Shown: positions 28,271 to 37,935 of the stretch, one piece after another
Numbering within the stretch: position 1 is the stretch's first letter
Layout of the letters: each line of letters opens with the position of its first letter
Origin: Amycolatopsis taiwanensis DSM 45107
GTDB lineage: Bacteria > Actinomycetota > Actinomycetes > Mycobacteriales > Pseudonocardiaceae
Assembly: GCF_000519205.1 (NCBI RefSeq)
Contig: NZ_JAFB01000005.1
Coordinates: 37,724-101,723 of the forward strand
Reading direction: 5' to 3'
DNA length: 64,000 nucleotides
Position numbers and translations under genes: made by a program
Notes under the pieces: model-generated
What the model was told of the DNA's origin: nothing
Databases searched by the model: none
Seen by the model: the letters and a program-made list of their open reading frames with translations, nothing else

Positions 28271-28526
28271 GTTGGAAACAACAGATTTCGAAGGCGGGAT
28301 TGCCCCGGCAGGACGGCTGCTTCGAAGCGATGGTCGAACGTACGTGGTCGAGTTCGGGAAGAGTCCCGGCCAGCTGTCAAGGCGACGGGCGTTACGCGGT
28401 GTCCAGCGATGCTTGATGTTGGGCGTTATGGGCATTACCGATGTCCACCAACTCGACGGAGTCCCGCCGGCGTACGAGCGAACGCGAGCTCCGATGGCAT
28501 TGTCGCAGTTGGACTAGTCTGGCCTC

Positions 28527-29114
28527 GTGTTATTGGACGCGTTGAGCCCAGAGGCCTACCTTGCCGAGGATGCCGTCATCGACTTCGGTCGACCGGCGGT
28601 ACGACTACTGGCCCACGGGTTGCGCGCACAGCACGACGACGACGTGGAGTTCGCCAAGGCGGCGTTCGAACACGTTCGCGACAACGTTGCGCACTCGTGG
28701 GACGCACAAGATCCCACGGTGTCCATCACCGCGTCGGATACGGCCGTCAACGGTGTCGGCCTCTGCTTCGCCAAGGCACACCTGTTGGCCGCCATCCTCC
28801 GGTCCCAGGGCATCCCCACCGGATTCTGCTACCAGCGCCTGACCGACGATGACCAGTCCTACTTGCTCCACGGCCTCGTCGCCGTGTTCCTGAACGGCGA
28901 CTGGCATCGCCAGGATCCCCGTGGCAACAAGCCTGGCGTCGACGCCCAGTTCTCGATCAAGGAGGAAAGACTGGCCTGGCCGGTTCGCCCCGAACGGGGC
29001 GAGCACGACTACCCGCAGGTCTTCCCCGGCCCCCATCCGACAGTCATCGCCGCCCTGCAGGCGACGGACAACGTCCTCGACCTCTGTCGAGGAGGCCTCC
29101 CCAGCAGCCTCTGA
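28527..29114 (+). CDS. transglutaminase-like superfamily protein (putative cysteine protease)
   Basis: The 195-aa protein has Cys in VNGVGLCFAKAHLLAAILRSQGIP, plus downstream His/Asp, consistent with the TGase-like core. Confidence 0.7.
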   Translation: MLLDALSPEAYLAEDAVIDFGRPAVRLLAHGLRAQHDDDVEFAKAAFEHVRDNVAHSWDAQDPTVSITASDTAVNGVGLCFAKAHLLAAILRSQGIPTGFCYQRLTDDDQSYLLHGLVAVFLNGDWHRQDPRGNKPGVDAQFSIKEERLAWPVRPERGEHDYPQVFPGPHPTVIAALQATDNVLDLCRGGLPSSL

Positions 29115-29205
29115 TAGTCGATTCGAAACGTCTACTCACCCCCGGCCACGACGTGGTAGATCATCGCAACGACACCCCACCGAGCGAACGCGTAGGCTGA
29201 TAAGC

Positions 29206-29544
29206 GTGATTTGTCCCAAGTGCCAGAATGTCATGCGGACCGTGGACAAGAACGGTGTGCACATCGAGCAGTGTGACGGGTGCCGTGGCATCTTCCTGGA
29301 CCGCGGTGAGCTGGAGCAGATAGCGGGCGCCGAGCGTGCCTACTACGGGAGCCCACCGCCGTATCGCGGTGAAATGCCGCACTACGGCGACTCACCCCGG
29401 CCGTATCGTGGCGGTCACGGCGACTCCCCTCGGCCGTACCGCGGCGGCTACCGCGACTCGCCCCGCCCGTACTACGACGACTCACCACGTCCATACCAGC
29501 ACGGGCACCGGAAGCGCGGCTTCCTGGAGAACTTGTTCGACTAG
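29206..29544 (+). CDS. TFIIB-type zinc-ribbon protein with C-terminal (DSPRPYRGG)4 repeats
   Basis: CPKCQNVM...CDGCRGIFLDRGELE is a zinc ribbon. Four PRPY repeats are followed by the tail GFLENLFD. The GTG start is at 29206. Confidence 0.7.
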   Translation: MICPKCQNVMRTVDKNGVHIEQCDGCRGIFLDRGELEQIAGAERAYYGSPPPYRGEMPHYGDSPRPYRGGHGDSPRPYRGGYRDSPRPYYDDSPRPYQHGHRKRGFLENLFD

Positions 29545-29666
29545 TTCCGGGGAACCTCGGTTCGAGTAACTGTCGTCGTAGGGTGATGCCGGTGGGCTCC
29601 ACGCGGGAATCCGCCGCTCCGGGCGGACAAACTCGTGTGGGGCGCAGGCTTTGGCCGGGAGGGTAG

Positions 29667-30314
29667 ATGCTCGATCCGCGGATCTGTCCGGCGTGCAAGG
29701 AGCTTGAGCGGCGCCCGGTGGTCGAACACGGGAAGCGGGTGTGTGAGACCTGCGACCATCGGTGGTCGTTCCGGCACCTGCCGCTGTTCGCGTTGACCGG
29801 GCCGAGTGGTGCCGGCAAGTCCACGGTCGGCCCGGCGCTGGTCGAGCGGTTGGCCGGCCAGGTGATCGTGTTCGAACAGGACGTGTTGTGGGTCGCGGGG
29901 CTGCGCGATGACGTCGAGGGACACCCGCGGTTCCGTTCGGCGTGGCTGCGCATGGCCGCGATGACACACCAGAACGGGCGCCCGGTCGTGCTGTGCGGGA
30001 CGGTGGTGCCGCCGGAGTTCGAGCGGTTGCCGGAGCGGGCGCTGTTCTCGGACATCCATTACCTGGCGCTGGTGGCGGACCCGGACGTGCTGACCAACCG
30101 GCTGCGCGCGCGTCCGGCCTGGCGCGAGTGGGACGAGCCCCGGATCGCCGAGATGCTGGAGTTCAACGACTGGCTCCAGCGTAACGCCGCGTCCATGGGC
30201 GTCAGTCTTTTCGACACCACGAACGCCACTCTGGACGCAACCGTTGACCACGCCGCCGACTGGATCCGTGCTCGGTTGAGAAGCGACGAGGTGGCGTGGG
30301 ATGCGGTCACATAG
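29667..30314 (+). CDS. zinc-ribbon + P-loop NTPase (kinase-like AAA_33-type)
   Basis: The N-terminus is CPACKEL...CETCDH. The Walker A motif is GPSGAGKST. Confidence 0.7.
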   Translation: MLDPRICPACKELERRPVVEHGKRVCETCDHRWSFRHLPLFALTGPSGAGKSTVGPALVERLAGQVIVFEQDVLWVAGLRDDVEGHPRFRSAWLRMAAMTHQNGRPVVLCGTVVPPEFERLPERALFSDIHYLALVADPDVLTNRLRARPAWREWDEPRIAEMLEFNDWLQRNAASMGVSLFDTTNATLDATVDHAADWIRARLRSDEVAWDAVT

Positions 30315-30402
30315 AAACACAAAGTAGTCACGCAATTTAGGACGTTGCGCCCGTAAGCACCCCTTCCGCCTAGGTATAGTCCTGTCACCGCGATGTTCGG
30401 GT

Positions 30403-30987
30403 GTGGAGGCGCTTGTGGGCGAGTTCGTCGACGCCGCGTTGTCCTTTCCCGCGGCGATCTTCTCCGTTCTGCTCGCCGTCGTCGTGCTCTACTGGCTGCT
30501 CGTGCTCATCGGCACCCTGGACGTCGAGATCGGCGACCTCCACCTCGGCGACGGCATCGGGCTCGGCGGCGTCCCCATCACGGTCAGCGTGTCGGTGCTG
30601 GCCGCCGTCTCCTGGTTTCTCACCCTCGCGGGCACCGTGTCCATCGCCGGGCTCGCCACGACGCCGCGAACGCTCGTGGGCATCGTCGTGCTGGTCCTGG
30701 CGACCGTCATCGGTCTGCTCGTCGCGCGACTCGTCGCCGTACCGCTGCGCAGGCTCTATGTCACCGGCGGTCAGGCGTTCCGCAGCGACTTCCTCGGCCG
30801 CGAGTGCGTCATCCGCACCGGCACGGTCAGCGGGGACTTCGGCCAGGCCGAAGTCACGGCGGACGACGGGTCCTCCGCGATCATCCAGGTGCGTCAGACC
30901 GGCGAGCACGAGCTGGCCAACGGCCACCGCGCATTGATCTTCGACTACGACATCGACGGTGAGTTCTTCTGGGTCGTGCCTGCCTGA
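30403..30987 (+). CDS. NfeD-like membrane protein (flotillin partner, YqiJ-like)
   Basis: Three TM helices are followed by a C-terminal OB-fold-like soluble domain. The gene sits immediately upstream of flotillin. Confidence 0.65.
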   Translation: MEALVGEFVDAALSFPAAIFSVLLAVVVLYWLLVLIGTLDVEIGDLHLGDGIGLGGVPITVSVSVLAAVSWFLTLAGTVSIAGLATTPRTLVGIVVLVLATVIGLLVARLVAVPLRRLYVTGGQAFRSDFLGRECVIRTGTVSGDFGQAEVTADDGSSAIIQVRQTGEHELANGHRALIFDYDIDGEFFWVVPA

Positions 30988-30998
30988 AAGGTAGATAA

Positions 30999-33002
30999 AT
31001 GGAAGCAATCCTCATTGCCGGCGGCGTGGTGATCGTCGTGCTCCTGCTCATTCTCATCGCCATCAGCCGCCTGTACCGCAAGGTGGAACAGGGGCAGGCA
31101 CTGATCATCAACAAGGTCCGCAGCGCACACGTGACGTTCACCGGCGGGGTGGTACTTCCGGTGCTGCACAAGGCGGAGACCATGGACATCTCCGTCAAGA
31201 CCATCCACATCCAGCGCACCGGCCAGGACGGCCTGATCTGTCAGGACAACATCCGCGCCGACATCCGCATCACGTTCTTCGTGCGGGTCAACAAGACCAG
31301 CGAGGACGTCATCAAGGTCGCGCAGGCCATCGGTACCGAGCGCGCCAGCGACCAGGCCACGATGCAGGCATTGTTCGACGCGAAGTTCTCCGAGGCGCTC
31401 AAGACCGTCGGCAAGCACCTGGACTTCGTGGACCTCTACACCAAGCGCAACGAGTTCCGCGACCGGATTCTCCAGGTCATCGGCACCGACCTCAACGGCT
31501 ACAGCCTCGAAGACGCGGCCATCGACTACCTCGAGCAGACCCCGTTGAACCAGCTCGACGCCAGCAACATCCTTGACGCGCAGGGCATCCGCAAGATCAC
31601 CGAGCTGACGGCGATCGAGCACGTGCGCACCAACGAGTACCAGCGCAACGAGGAGAAGGAGATCACCAAGCAGAACGTGGACGCTCGCGAGGCGATCCTC
31701 GAACTGGAACGCCGCCAGGCCGACGCGGAGAACCGTCAGCGCCGCGAGATCGAGACTATGAAGGCCCGCGAGGAGGCCGAGACCGCGAAGGTGCAGGCCG
31801 AGGAACGGCTCAAGGCACAAGCCGCGCAGCTGCGTACCGACGAGCAGTTGGGCATCCAGGACCAGAACCGGGCCCGCGAGGTCGCCGTCGCCGAGAAGAA
31901 CCGCGAGCGCGTCATCGCCATCGAGACCGAGCGCATCGAGAAGGACCGGATGCTGGAGGTCGTGTCCCGCGAGCGGGAGATCGCCCTTGCCAGCGCGGCC
32001 AAGGACAAGGAGGTCGAGGTCGAGAAGCGCTCGGTCGCCGAGGTGGTCCGCGAGCGCGTCGCCGTCGACAAGACCGTGGCCGAGCAGGAGGAGAACATCA
32101 AGAACCTCCGCGCGGTGCAGGATGCCGAACGCACCCGGCAGGCGATCGTCATCCAGGCGGAGGCCGAGGCGCAGGAGAACCTGGTCAAGGGCATCAAGGC
32201 GGCCGAGGCCGCGGAGGCCGCCGCCAAGCACAAGGCCCGCGAGCAGCTCACGCTCGCCGAGGCCCGGCAGCAGACCGCGGACCTGGAGGCGCGCGCCAAG
32301 ATCCGCTTGGCGGAAGGTATCCAGGCCGAGGTGGCCGCGGCGGGTCTCGCCGAGGTGCAGGTCCGGGAACGCAACGCCGAGGTCCTGCAGAAGGAAGGCG
32401 TTGCCGAGGCGGTCGTCGAGCGGGAGAAGGGCCTGGCGAGGTCGGAGGCCGTGGAGAAGGTCGGCCGCGCGGAAGCCGTCGTGGATCGCGAGAAGGCGCT
32501 GGCCACCGCGGACGCGTTGCGCGAGAAGCTGAAGGGCGAGGCCGAGGGTCTCACCGAGAAGGCCGCCGCCATGGCGGCACTGGACGACGCGTCGCGCGGA
32601 CACGAGGAGTTCCGGCTGCGGCTGGAGCAGGAGAAGGAGGTGCGGCTCGCCGGCATCGCCGCGCAGCGCGAGGTCGCGGAGTCGCAAGCGATGGTCCTCG
32701 CGGCCGGGCTGGAGAAGGCCGACATCGACATCGTCGGCGGCGACAGCGTGTTCTTCGACAAGCTCATGGGCTCGATCTCGCTCGGCAAGAGCGTCGACGG
32801 GTTCGTCGGTAACTCGGAGGTGGCGCAGCGGCTGGGTGGTGCGTGGCTGAACGGCGACGCGAACTTCACCGAGGACCTCAAACAGATCCTCGGCTCGTTG
32901 AGCACCGAGGACCTCAAGAACGTCTCCGTGTCGGCGTTGTTGACCAAGATGATGAAGGACGGGGTGCCTGACTCGCCGGCCGTCATCACGCCGAAGCCGT
33001 GA
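30999..33002 (+). CDS. flotillin-family SPFH/band-7 protein (YqiK-like)
   Basis: An N-terminal TM is followed by an SPFH domain and a long Ala/Glu-rich coiled-coil region of EA repeats. Confidence 0.9.
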   Translation: MEAILIAGGVVIVVLLLILIAISRLYRKVEQGQALIINKVRSAHVTFTGGVVLPVLHKAETMDISVKTIHIQRTGQDGLICQDNIRADIRITFFVRVNKTSEDVIKVAQAIGTERASDQATMQALFDAKFSEALKTVGKHLDFVDLYTKRNEFRDRILQVIGTDLNGYSLEDAAIDYLEQTPLNQLDASNILDAQGIRKITELTAIEHVRTNEYQRNEEKEITKQNVDAREAILELERRQADAENRQRREIETMKAREEAETAKVQAEERLKAQAAQLRTDEQLGIQDQNRAREVAVAEKNRERVIAIETERIEKDRMLEVVSREREIALASAAKDKEVEVEKRSVAEVVRERVAVDKTVAEQEENIKNLRAVQDAERTRQAIVIQAEAEAQENLVKGIKAAEAAEAAAKHKAREQLTLAEARQQTADLEARAKIRLAEGIQAEVAAAGLAEVQVRERNAEVLQKEGVAEAVVEREKGLARSEAVEKVGRAEAVVDREKALATADALREKLKGEAEGLTEKAAAMAALDDASRGHEEFRLRLEQEKEVRLAGIAAQREVAESQAMVLAAGLEKADIDIVGGDSVFFDKLMGSISLGKSVDGFVGNSEVAQRLGGAWLNGDANFTEDLKQILGSLSTEDLKNVSVSALLTKMMKDGVPDSPAVITPKP

Positions 33003-36000
33003 CGTCGACCGTGTCCGCGCCGGCCGAGGAGGCGGCCGGCGCGATTCAGGACGGGCTCGACGCCCGCACGTACGAGGTGCTGCGGCAGCGGCTCGCCGGG
33101 GCGGCGAAGGAACTGGCGCGGCGGGCCGAGGCCCTCAACACCCGCCGCCTGGAGGTGTTCGGCGGCACCGATTTCCGGCTGCTCGGCGGCGAGCGGATCC
33201 GGACCGACAACAACTGCGTGCCGCGCGACATCGTGTCCATTCCGGACAGTGACGGCGGCGCGAGCGGGCTGATGCTGTTCGGCTACAACGTCTTCATCGG
33301 GCTGAAACCCGAGACGACGGTCGACGACGTGTTCTCGCTACACCGGTTCACCCGCGACGGCGAGGCGTTCCGGTTCGAGGACGCGTCGAACGAGCGGCCG
33401 GAGCTGTTGCGGGACGAGCGGTTCCGGCGTGAGTTCACCGAGCTGTACCGGTACTACCGGGAAACCCGGCTCATGCAGTTGCGGCCGGTCGAGGGCAAGC
33501 TGCTCGCGGTGTTCCAGACCGGCCCACGTACCGAGGACATCAAGGTGCTGCGGTGGGTGGCCGGCGCCCACGGCGAACTGTCCTACCTGGACAATGTGGG
33601 CGAGCGGGACCACGTGTTCCCACCCGCGTACGACTTCAGGTGGACCGAGACCACGCGGGACGATCACGTGCTCGGCCGCCACCCGCACATCTCCATCGAG
33701 AACGAGGTGTTCGTCGAGACGATCGGCGGCGACCTGACCGTCAAGATCGAGAACAACACCGAGATCGGCGAGGGCATCTACCGCGAGCCGGTCGACGAGC
33801 CGCTGCAAAGCCTCGCCGACGCGGACGTCCGGTACGCGCGCGTCGGCCCGCTGATTCTGCTGAAGATCCTGCCGTACAACGAAAAGACCCACCGATACCT
33901 GGTCTTCAACACCCGTACCAAGACGGTCGTGCGGCTCGACGGCATCGGCCAGGCCTGCCTGCGGCTGCCCGAGGACCAGGGCATCATCTTCCCCGGCGGC
34001 TACTACCTCGCCACCGGCGTGTCCCGCACGTTCGAGAACACCGATACCGACGACCTGGAGTTCGAGCGGGTCATCCGGTCTCCCAACGGCGAGGACGTGC
34101 TGTACGTCTTCCACGCCCGCCGCGAGGGACGCTCGCTTCTGTTGCCGTACAACGTGATCCGCAAGGAGGTCGCAAGCCCCCTGCCGTGTCACGGGTACTC
34201 GCTGTTCGAGGACGGCACGCTCGTCGCGTTCCGCGCCACGTCGGACGAGCCGACGCGAGTGCACCCGATGCAGGTGTGGCAGACACCGTTCGTGTCGGAC
34301 TCGTTCGCCGCCGCGCAACCCATCGGCACCGGGCCGCTCGAACGTGTCGGCAACGCGGACCTCGTGCGTGGCATCTCCGACTGTCTTTCCGTGACCCGGA
34401 TGGTCGACGAGATGACGCCGTCGACGGCCGTGTTCGAGGGCCTGATCGCCGCGTGTGCCAGGGCGTTCGACAGCTACCACTGGCTGGGTGAGCCGGACCT
34501 CGGCGACCTGCGGGGTGCGCTCACCGACGTCCGCGCGACGGCCGAGCAGGTGCTGGCCGAGTTCGAGAACGTCAAGGCACTCACCGACTCCGCGGCCGCC
34601 GAGCTGACCAGGACCGGTGAGGACATCGCGTCCCTGGTGCGGCGGGTGCGGGGCGAGGTGCCGGGTTCCGCGGACGAGTGGGTCGAGCAGCTCACGTCGC
34701 TGCGGAAGGCACAGGGCCGCCTCGAAACGCTGCGCGAACTGCGGTACGTGGACACGGCACGGATCGACGAGCTGGCCGCCACCCTACAGTCCGAACTGGA
34801 CAGTGCTGCCCAGCGAGCGGTCGAGTTCCTCCAGGGCGAGGACGCGTTCACCGGCTACCACGAGAAGGTCGAGGCGCTCGCCACGGCGGCAGCCGCCATC
34901 AAGACCGTGGCCGAGGCCGCGCCGGTCGTCGAGCGGCTGGCCGAGCAGGCCGGCGGACTGGAGATCATCACCGAGATCGTCGGCTCGCTGGACATCGGCG
35001 ACGCGACCGTACGCACGAAGATCCTCGAACGGGTCGGCGAGGTGCTGGCCCGCGTCAACCGTGCACGGGCCACTGCGGACGCCCGGCGGCGCGACCTCCT
35101 TGCCACGGAAGGCCGTGCGGCGTTCGCGGCCGAGTTCGCCCTGCTGGGCCAGTCGATCACGGGTGCGCTCGCGGTCGCCGAAACGCCGCGCAAGTGCGAC
35201 GAGCAACTGGGCCGGCTGCTGCTGCAGCTGGAGAATCTGGAGTCCCGGTTCGGCGAGTTCGACGACTTCCTCGCCGAACTGACGGCCAAGCGCACCGACG
35301 TCTACGAGGCGTTCTCGTCCCGCAAGCAGGCGCTGGTCGATGAGCAGGCACGGCGTGCGGACCGGCTGTTCGAGTCCGCTGACCGGATTCTCACGAGCAT
35401 CAGCCGGCGCGCGGCGTCCTTGTCCACTATGGACGAGATCAACACGTACTTCGCGTCCGACCCGATGGTCGCGAAGGTTCGGTCGGTTGCGAACGACCTG
35501 CGTACCCTCGACGACGCGGTCCGCGCCGAGGAGTTGGACGGACGGCTGAAGACGGCCCGTCAGGAGGCCGGCCGCTCGCTGCGGGACCGCGTGGACCTCT
35601 TCGGTGACGGTGGCGAGACCGTTCGCCTCGGCCGGCACCGGTTCGCGGTCAACACGCAGGCCATCGACCTGACGCTGGTCCCGAAGGACGGCGAGATGGC
35701 GTTGGCCATCACCGGAACCGACTTCCGCACGCCCGTGCAGGATCCCGGGTTCCAGGGCACGAAGCCGTTCTGGGACCAGCTACTCGTGTCCGAGACCGCG
35801 GATGTCTACCGCGCCGAGTACCTGGCCACCTCCGTGCTCGCGGACGGTTCAGCCGACGGGGCTGGTGACGCCGCGGACATACTCGACATCGTGCGCCGCG
35901 CGGCCGAGTCCCGGTACGACGAGGGCTACGAGCGGGGTGTGCATGACCACGACGCGGCGGCCATCCTCGAGGCGCTGCTGCGGTTGCGGTCGAGCGCGGG

Positions 36001-37918
36001 CCTGCTGCGCTATCCGGCAGCGGCACGCGCATCGGCCCAGTTCTTCTGGGCGCACGGGACGACCGACGAGGCGCGCACGGTGTGGTCGACGCGTGCCGGT
36101 TCGCTGGCCAGGGCACGGGAAGCGTTCGGACCAGTACCGGCGATCAGCGAGCTGTGCGCGGAACTGGCCACGGCCATCGACGAGTTCGGCCTGGCCACCG
36201 GCGATTCGGCCCTGGCCGCGGAGTACCTGTTCGAGGAGTTGGGCTCGACCCCGCTCGGTTTCGTGACCAGTGCCGGCGCCCCCGCGCTCGTCGAGAGGTT
36301 CCGGCGTGCGCTGGACGGCCGTCGCGAGTTCGACGACGACCTCCGCGCACTCGAGGATCTGAACGCCAGGCACCAGCTCGCGACCGCGTGGCTGTCGGCG
36401 TTCGTGTCCACACAGGACGACCTGGTGGCCGACGAGCTACCCGAAGCGGTGGCGTTGCTGCTGTGCGAGCTGCCCAGGCACGACTCGTCGGCGGCCGTGT
36501 CGGCCACGGTCGAAGGTTTGCTGGGCGCCCACCCCCGCGTGGTGGAGGGCCGCATGACCGTCCGGCTGGACGAAGTCCTGACCAGGACCCGCAAGTTCCG
36601 GCTCGAGCGCGTGCCGGCGTTCCGCGCGTACCAGAAGCAACGCAACGAGTTGCTCACCCGCGAGCGTGCCCGGCTGCGGCTCGATGAGTTCACGCCGAAG
36701 GTCATGAGCACGTTCGTGCGCAACAAGCTGCTCGACGAGGTGTACCTGCCGCTGATCGGCGACAACCTGGCCAAGCAGCTCGGTGCGGCCGGCGACGCCA
36801 AGCGCACCGACCAGATGGGCCTGCTGCTGCTCATCTCCCCACCGGGCTACGGCAAGACGACGCTGATGGAATACGTCGCGAACCGGCTCGGCCTGGTGTT
36901 CGTCAAGGTCAACGGCCCGGCACTGGGCCACGACGTGACGTCGCTCGACCCGGCGGACGCGCCGACGGCGACCGCGCGCCAGGAGGTCGAGAAGATCTCC
37001 TTCGCGCTCGAACTGGGCAACAACGTGTTGCTCTACCTGGACGACATCCAGCACACGTCACCGGAACTGTTGCAGAAGTTCATCTCCCTCTGCGACGCCC
37101 AGCGGCGCATGGAAGGCGTGTGGGACGGCCGGACCAGGACCTACGACCTGCGTGGCAAGCGCTTCGCGGTGTGCATGGCCGGCAACCCCTACACCGAGGC
37201 CGGCAAGCGCTTCCGCATCCCGGACATGCTGGCCAACCGTGCCGACGTGTGGAACCTCGGCGACGTGCTCTCCGGCCGCGAGGACGAGTTCGCGTTGAGT
37301 TACCTGGAGAACGCGCTGACGTCCAACCCGGTCCTGGCTCCACTGTCCACAAGGGATCGTGCGGATCTCGAGCTGCTGATCCGGTTGGCCCGTGGCGAGG
37401 AGGTCCAGTCGGACCAGCTGTCGCACCCGTACTCCGCCGTCGAGTTGGACCAGCTCACGTCCGTGCTGCGCAAGCTGTTGCGGGTCCAGGAGGTCGTCCT
37501 CGCCAACAACCAGGCGTACATCGCATCGGCGGCGCAGGCGGACTCGTCGCGTACCGAGCCGCCGTTTTTGCTCCAGGGCTCGTACCGGAACATGAACAAG
37601 CTGGCAGAGCGCATTGTCCCGGCAATGAACGATCAGGAACTGGAAGCCACGATCGACGACCATTATCTTGGTGAGGCGCAGACGCTGACGTCCGGCGCGG
37701 AGGCGAACCTGCTGAAACTCGCTGAACTTCGTGGTCGGCTCACCAAGGGAAAGGCCGAACGCTGGGCGACGGTCAAGGCGGCGTATTTACGGGACAAGGC
37801 GTTGGGCGGCACGGAGGACGATCCGTTGAGCCGCGCGGTCGGCGCCGTCGGTCTGCTCGCGGACCGCGTCGCGGCCGTGGAAAAGGCCATCGTCCGAGCG
37901 AGCGAACGTCGCGGTTAG
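32999..37918 (+). CDS. 1639-aa flotillin-associated protein with C-terminal MoxR/AAA_5-type ATPase
   Basis: Walker A is LLLISPPGYGKTTL, Walker B is VLLYLDDIQH, and the sensor is AVCMAGNPYTE...RIPDMLANRADVW. The N-terminal about 1200 aa have no motif I can recognise. The start overlaps the flotillin stop. Confidence 0.85.
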   Translation: MTSTVSAPAEEAAGAIQDGLDARTYEVLRQRLAGAAKELARRAEALNTRRLEVFGGTDFRLLGGERIRTDNNCVPRDIVSIPDSDGGASGLMLFGYNVFIGLKPETTVDDVFSLHRFTRDGEAFRFEDASNERPELLRDERFRREFTELYRYYRETRLMQLRPVEGKLLAVFQTGPRTEDIKVLRWVAGAHGELSYLDNVGERDHVFPPAYDFRWTETTRDDHVLGRHPHISIENEVFVETIGGDLTVKIENNTEIGEGIYREPVDEPLQSLADADVRYARVGPLILLKILPYNEKTHRYLVFNTRTKTVVRLDGIGQACLRLPEDQGIIFPGGYYLATGVSRTFENTDTDDLEFERVIRSPNGEDVLYVFHARREGRSLLLPYNVIRKEVASPLPCHGYSLFEDGTLVAFRATSDEPTRVHPMQVWQTPFVSDSFAAAQPIGTGPLERVGNADLVRGISDCLSVTRMVDEMTPSTAVFEGLIAACARAFDSYHWLGEPDLGDLRGALTDVRATAEQVLAEFENVKALTDSAAAELTRTGEDIASLVRRVRGEVPGSADEWVEQLTSLRKAQGRLETLRELRYVDTARIDELAATLQSELDSAAQRAVEFLQGEDAFTGYHEKVEALATAAAAIKTVAEAAPVVERLAEQAGGLEIITEIVGSLDIGDATVRTKILERVGEVLARVNRARATADARRRDLLATEGRAAFAAEFALLGQSITGALAVAETPRKCDEQLGRLLLQLENLESRFGEFDDFLAELTAKRTDVYEAFSSRKQALVDEQARRADRLFESADRILTSISRRAASLSTMDEINTYFASDPMVAKVRSVANDLRTLDDAVRAEELDGRLKTARQEAGRSLRDRVDLFGDGGETVRLGRHRFAVNTQAIDLTLVPKDGEMALAITGTDFRTPVQDPGFQGTKPFWDQLLVSETADVYRAEYLATSVLADGSADGAGDAADILDIVRRAAESRYDEGYERGVHDHDAAAILEALLRLRSSAGLLRYPAAARASAQFFWAHGTTDEARTVWSTRAGSLARAREAFGPVPAISELCAELATAIDEFGLATGDSALAAEYLFEELGSTPLGFVTSAGAPALVERFRRALDGRREFDDDLRALEDLNARHQLATAWLSAFVSTQDDLVADELPEAVALLLCELPRHDSSAAVSATVEGLLGAHPRVVEGRMTVRLDEVLTRTRKFRLERVPAFRAYQKQRNELLTRERARLRLDEFTPKVMSTFVRNKLLDEVYLPLIGDNLAKQLGAAGDAKRTDQMGLLLLISPPGYGKTTLMEYVANRLGLVFVKVNGPALGHDVTSLDPADAPTATARQEVEKISFALELGNNVLLYLDDIQHTSPELLQKFISLCDAQRRMEGVWDGRTRTYDLRGKRFAVCMAGNPYTEAGKRFRIPDMLANRADVWNLGDVLSGREDEFALSYLENALTSNPVLAPLSTRDRADLELLIRLARGEEVQSDQLSHPYSAVELDQLTSVLRKLLRVQEVVLANNQAYIASAAQADSSRTEPPFLLQGSYRNMNKLAERIVPAMNDQELEATIDDHYLGEAQTLTSGAEANLLKLAELRGRLTKGKAERWATVKAAYLRDKALGGTEDDPLSRAVGAVGLLADRVAAVEKAIVRASERRG

Positions 37919-37935
37919 GCCATTCGGTAACCGCG

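Noticed and set aside
27666-28852. The repeat-containing ORFs (PEFPVQV, SSRFRCL, NRELRHL, PEPGTQA heptad proteins) across the 21-bp array.
   Set aside because: The 21-bp period keeps all six frames open. No start or RBS context is evident, the same DNA gives four mutually exclusive proteins, and the arms are inverted copies, which is a DNA-level structure.
30945-32687. A 580-aa minus-strand ORF antisense to flotillin.
   Set aside because: It is a Leu/Arg/Gly-rich mirror of the flotillin coiled-coil Ala/Glu repeats and has no start context.
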